NCBI GenBank assembly: GCA_973895155.1
Contig: OZ316893.1
Coordinates: 20,940,955 to 21,004,954 of the forward strand
Length of the DNA stretch: 64,000 bases
Origin: Marsupella aquatica
Lineage: Eukaryota > Plantae > Marchantiophyta
Direction of reading: 5' to 3'
A program made the position numbers and the translations under genes. Position 1 is the first letter of the stretch; each line of letters opens with the position of its first letter. Positions 61,181 to 64,000 of the stretch are shown here, in pieces. The notes beneath the pieces were generated by a model, which was not told the origin of the DNA, made no database searches, and worked only from the letters and a program-made list of their open reading frames with translations.

Positions 61181-64000
61181 CGTGGCAATCTCGAACGCCA
61201 CCAGCAGGACGGATCCTCACAAGCTTAGCAGTAATTCAGCTTGCTGAAGGGATCCACTTCAATGGAAACAGCTCCAAGAAGACGGGTTTGCTTGATGATG
61301 ATAGTGTCGGTCTTGTAGATTTCTCCACAAAAAGAACCCAATACCTGCCCAAGGAGCAGCGAGCTCCGGATCGTCGAGTGTAGACAGCCGGTAACCATTC
61401 GATTACAACTGCGTCAATTGGCAATAATAGGTCAGAAAGGCGGTCTCGAAGTTCAGAGTCTTGCCTCATTCAACCAACAGAGACCCTTCAAAAACCTAGC
61501 TTTCCGAGCGGGATCGGTAAAACAATGATCATCATCCTCAACGACATCTTCCCCTTCACTCCAATGCTGTTACTTCTAGAATGAATGTCCTGCCTTTCCA
61601 GTACTTACTTCCAACTATCACAAGGCGTAGACCATTAGGAGGTACGTCTGCTTTCTAAGCATTTAGATCAGAACCCACGTAGTGATTAGTAGGGTTAGAC
61701 GCTCCACTATCCATTCTAAACGGTGTACAGCATAGCTCTTGGACTCCTGCTCACCCTCTTCGAGAAATTCTCCTTTATTGCGCCCCCTGTCTCCTTGCGC
61801 GCTCTCCACCTTTCCAGAACTAAATGCTTACAAGTCTCCAAAACCCCCTTCCTTTCGCTGCAAGCCTTCTTCAGTAACAGTCCAAATGAATGACATAGAT
61901 AGAGAGAACAATCAAATCGATCTATCTATGGAACCATCCGGCCTGCAATGCGTACGGATCCTTCACCTCCAAGGGCAGGTGACCCTAAAGCAGAAACCAA
62001 AACGGAGTGCATTCCCCTCTTCACATATTATCACTTCTCCCTGCTGCACTAGTACTGTTCTTCCCCATGGAAACGACCACAATCACAGCAGCAGTACGGA
62101 GGAGTGGTACCACTCCACTCGACTCTGACGACGCAAGCTTTAGAAAGCCGGTGGATGAAGGAAAGTCGCCAATTCTACTTGGCCAGATCTCGATTGTTGA
62201 CCTCCTCCACCTACTTCCGTACGCCCCCCTCGTCACTACTGCACCAGCAGTTGATCCCTCCCCGATCTCCTCCGTCCTCATCCAATTCAGTCTAGTTCTT
62301 CCCCTGATGACCTTTCCCTTCTCCTTCTTCTGCGGGTTCTGCTCCTGCTCCTGAGATCGCCCTTCCCCTTCCTTCTACTTCTTCTTCGTCTGCTGACTCG
62401 GGAGATGCAAAGGAGGATCGTATTTCTTCTTCGTATACTGCTGTTGCTCACAAGACTCAAATGAGGAAGTAGACACCGTGATGATGTGACCACCCTCAGA
62501 GGAGCAACAGAAACTCGTCAAAGGGGTCAAGATCTGATCGGTGGATCAATCAATCAAAATACACCTTTCTTTCCTCCCTTACTCTCACTCATTCACTCAC
62601 GCACCTTCCTCCGACTTGCTTCCTCCCAGGCATGCACCAATCTCAAAGCCTCAGACAGTCCACACGGAACAATGGATCAATCCAGCCAGCAGACCCCTAA
62701 CCTCCTCGTCTACTACCTCTTCCTCGTCCAGCTCCTATTCCTGCTCCTGTTGCTACTCCTATTCCTGCTCCTCTCCCACCACCACTTGCTTCCTCAAACA
62801 TCAACCCCCTCAAATTCGGAGCCCGCAAAATTCCCGGAACATCTTGCAGACAAAAGAAAACACTTAAACATCCAACGCCTCCCAAGACCAGGAGATGTTT
62901 TTAAAAGCCAAAAAGCCCAGAGAAGAAAGTAGCTCGTCAAGAGAGAACTAGAGCAGGCAACCTCACGCCATATCCCGACTCCGATCACAACAATTCCACT
63001 TCAACTTCACCTTTCACCACCACCGCCTCAACACAAATCTGACGATAACATTCAATTCCCATTAGTCAGCGCGCAGCAAAGCAAACACCGTCAGAATGGC
63101 CAGTTCCACTTCCATTGGTTGGTTGCTTCGTTCAAGAGCTCCAGCAGCAGTACTGTCCATTCAGCACACTCCTGCATTGGTCCATTCTTACATTCATACG
63201 TTTTATTCACTACCAATTCTTCAGCGGTCCGGTCTTTCACATTCATTTCCTTTTCCGTCCTTCACTCCTGCCTTCTCTGGATGCCATATTTTTGACCGCG
63301 TGCCGCATTCAATCCGCTCAATGACTCATCACCATGCCCCTTTGGCTTTGTCGATTCCTCGTCACAGGAACAGTAGTCCATAGTCTCCCAGCAGTCCCTA
63401 CCCTCTTGACTTTGCTCCAATTATTTCTCTGCCAACTCTCCTTCCGCGAAAGGGAACCACTCTCTGATTTCTCTTCGCCTGTAATAACTTTCTGCGCACC
63501 ATTCTGTCTTTTCCTCATTCGCCCCCTTATCAGGCCTTAGAGTTACAGTCCATCAATTCAATTATTCAATTCAACACCATTCTTTCTCATCATCTCCTCT
63601 ACAAACGGACGATTCCTCATTCGTTCTTTCAACGTTCTCGTCGTTCGTGATGATTGAACCGCCGGAACGGGAAACTACCGTCAGGTTCGGGTTATTCAGG
63701 CCAGACAAGAGCGAGGCGCACGGGCCGGCAAGAGGGCTGACTATACCGGCGACGTTGTGTTCTCACAGGACTGGTCCGGCTCCGGCGTGTTGATACCTTG
63801 CTTCAGGCTAACGGTCGGGCTTCGTCGGTGCCGGCGTTGTTATCACGGCACTGTTCCCGGCGGGCTTATCAACTCTTTTTTCTTTTTGCTGAGCGGACTA
63901 CAAAAAGCGGGTACAGGTACAGGTACAGTGGTCCTCCCTTATGAGTGGTCCTGGGTATGCCAAGGCTAGCCCCGTACCTTAGGAGGTTCTACGTCAGTAA

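Noticed and set aside
61739-63540. Several 60-150 aa ORFs upstream of the Sec14 gene as protein-coding genes
   Set aside because: Overlapping low-complexity ORFs on both strands with no recognisable motifs, consistent with UTR or promoter sequence.

Overview
Eukaryotic land-plant genomic DNA. The gene and intron style suggests a non-seed plant such as a bryophyte or liverwort, which is inference only. The first ~34 kb is a transposon nest. It holds two full-length but defective Tork/Tnt1-like Ty1/copia elements in tail-to-tail orientation (1802-7667 +, TSD ACGAG; 10222-17047 -, TSD CATGG), three related solo LTRs with 5-bp TSDs and one truncated relative. It also holds four 5'-truncated non-LTR retroposon ends of the restriction-like-endonuclease (CRE-like) type, and a long gypsy-type solo LTR carrying a nested non-autonomous CACTA element. 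The right half holds an intact 5-exon methylesterase-family alpha/beta hydrolase with a signal-peptide exon, a receptor-like kinase pseudogene broken by several insertions, a degenerate Helitron-like tract and an intact 11-exon Sec14/CRAL-TRIO gene. The most notable observations concern the copia family. Both copies share an in-frame UGA between gag and pol. All LTR variants keep a covarying stem-loop with a GUA/GAA internal loop. Gag and U3 modules are swapped on a shared pol/R-U5 backbone, and one U3 carries a 10-copy MYB/ACGT cis-element array. All alignments and counts were done by eye.
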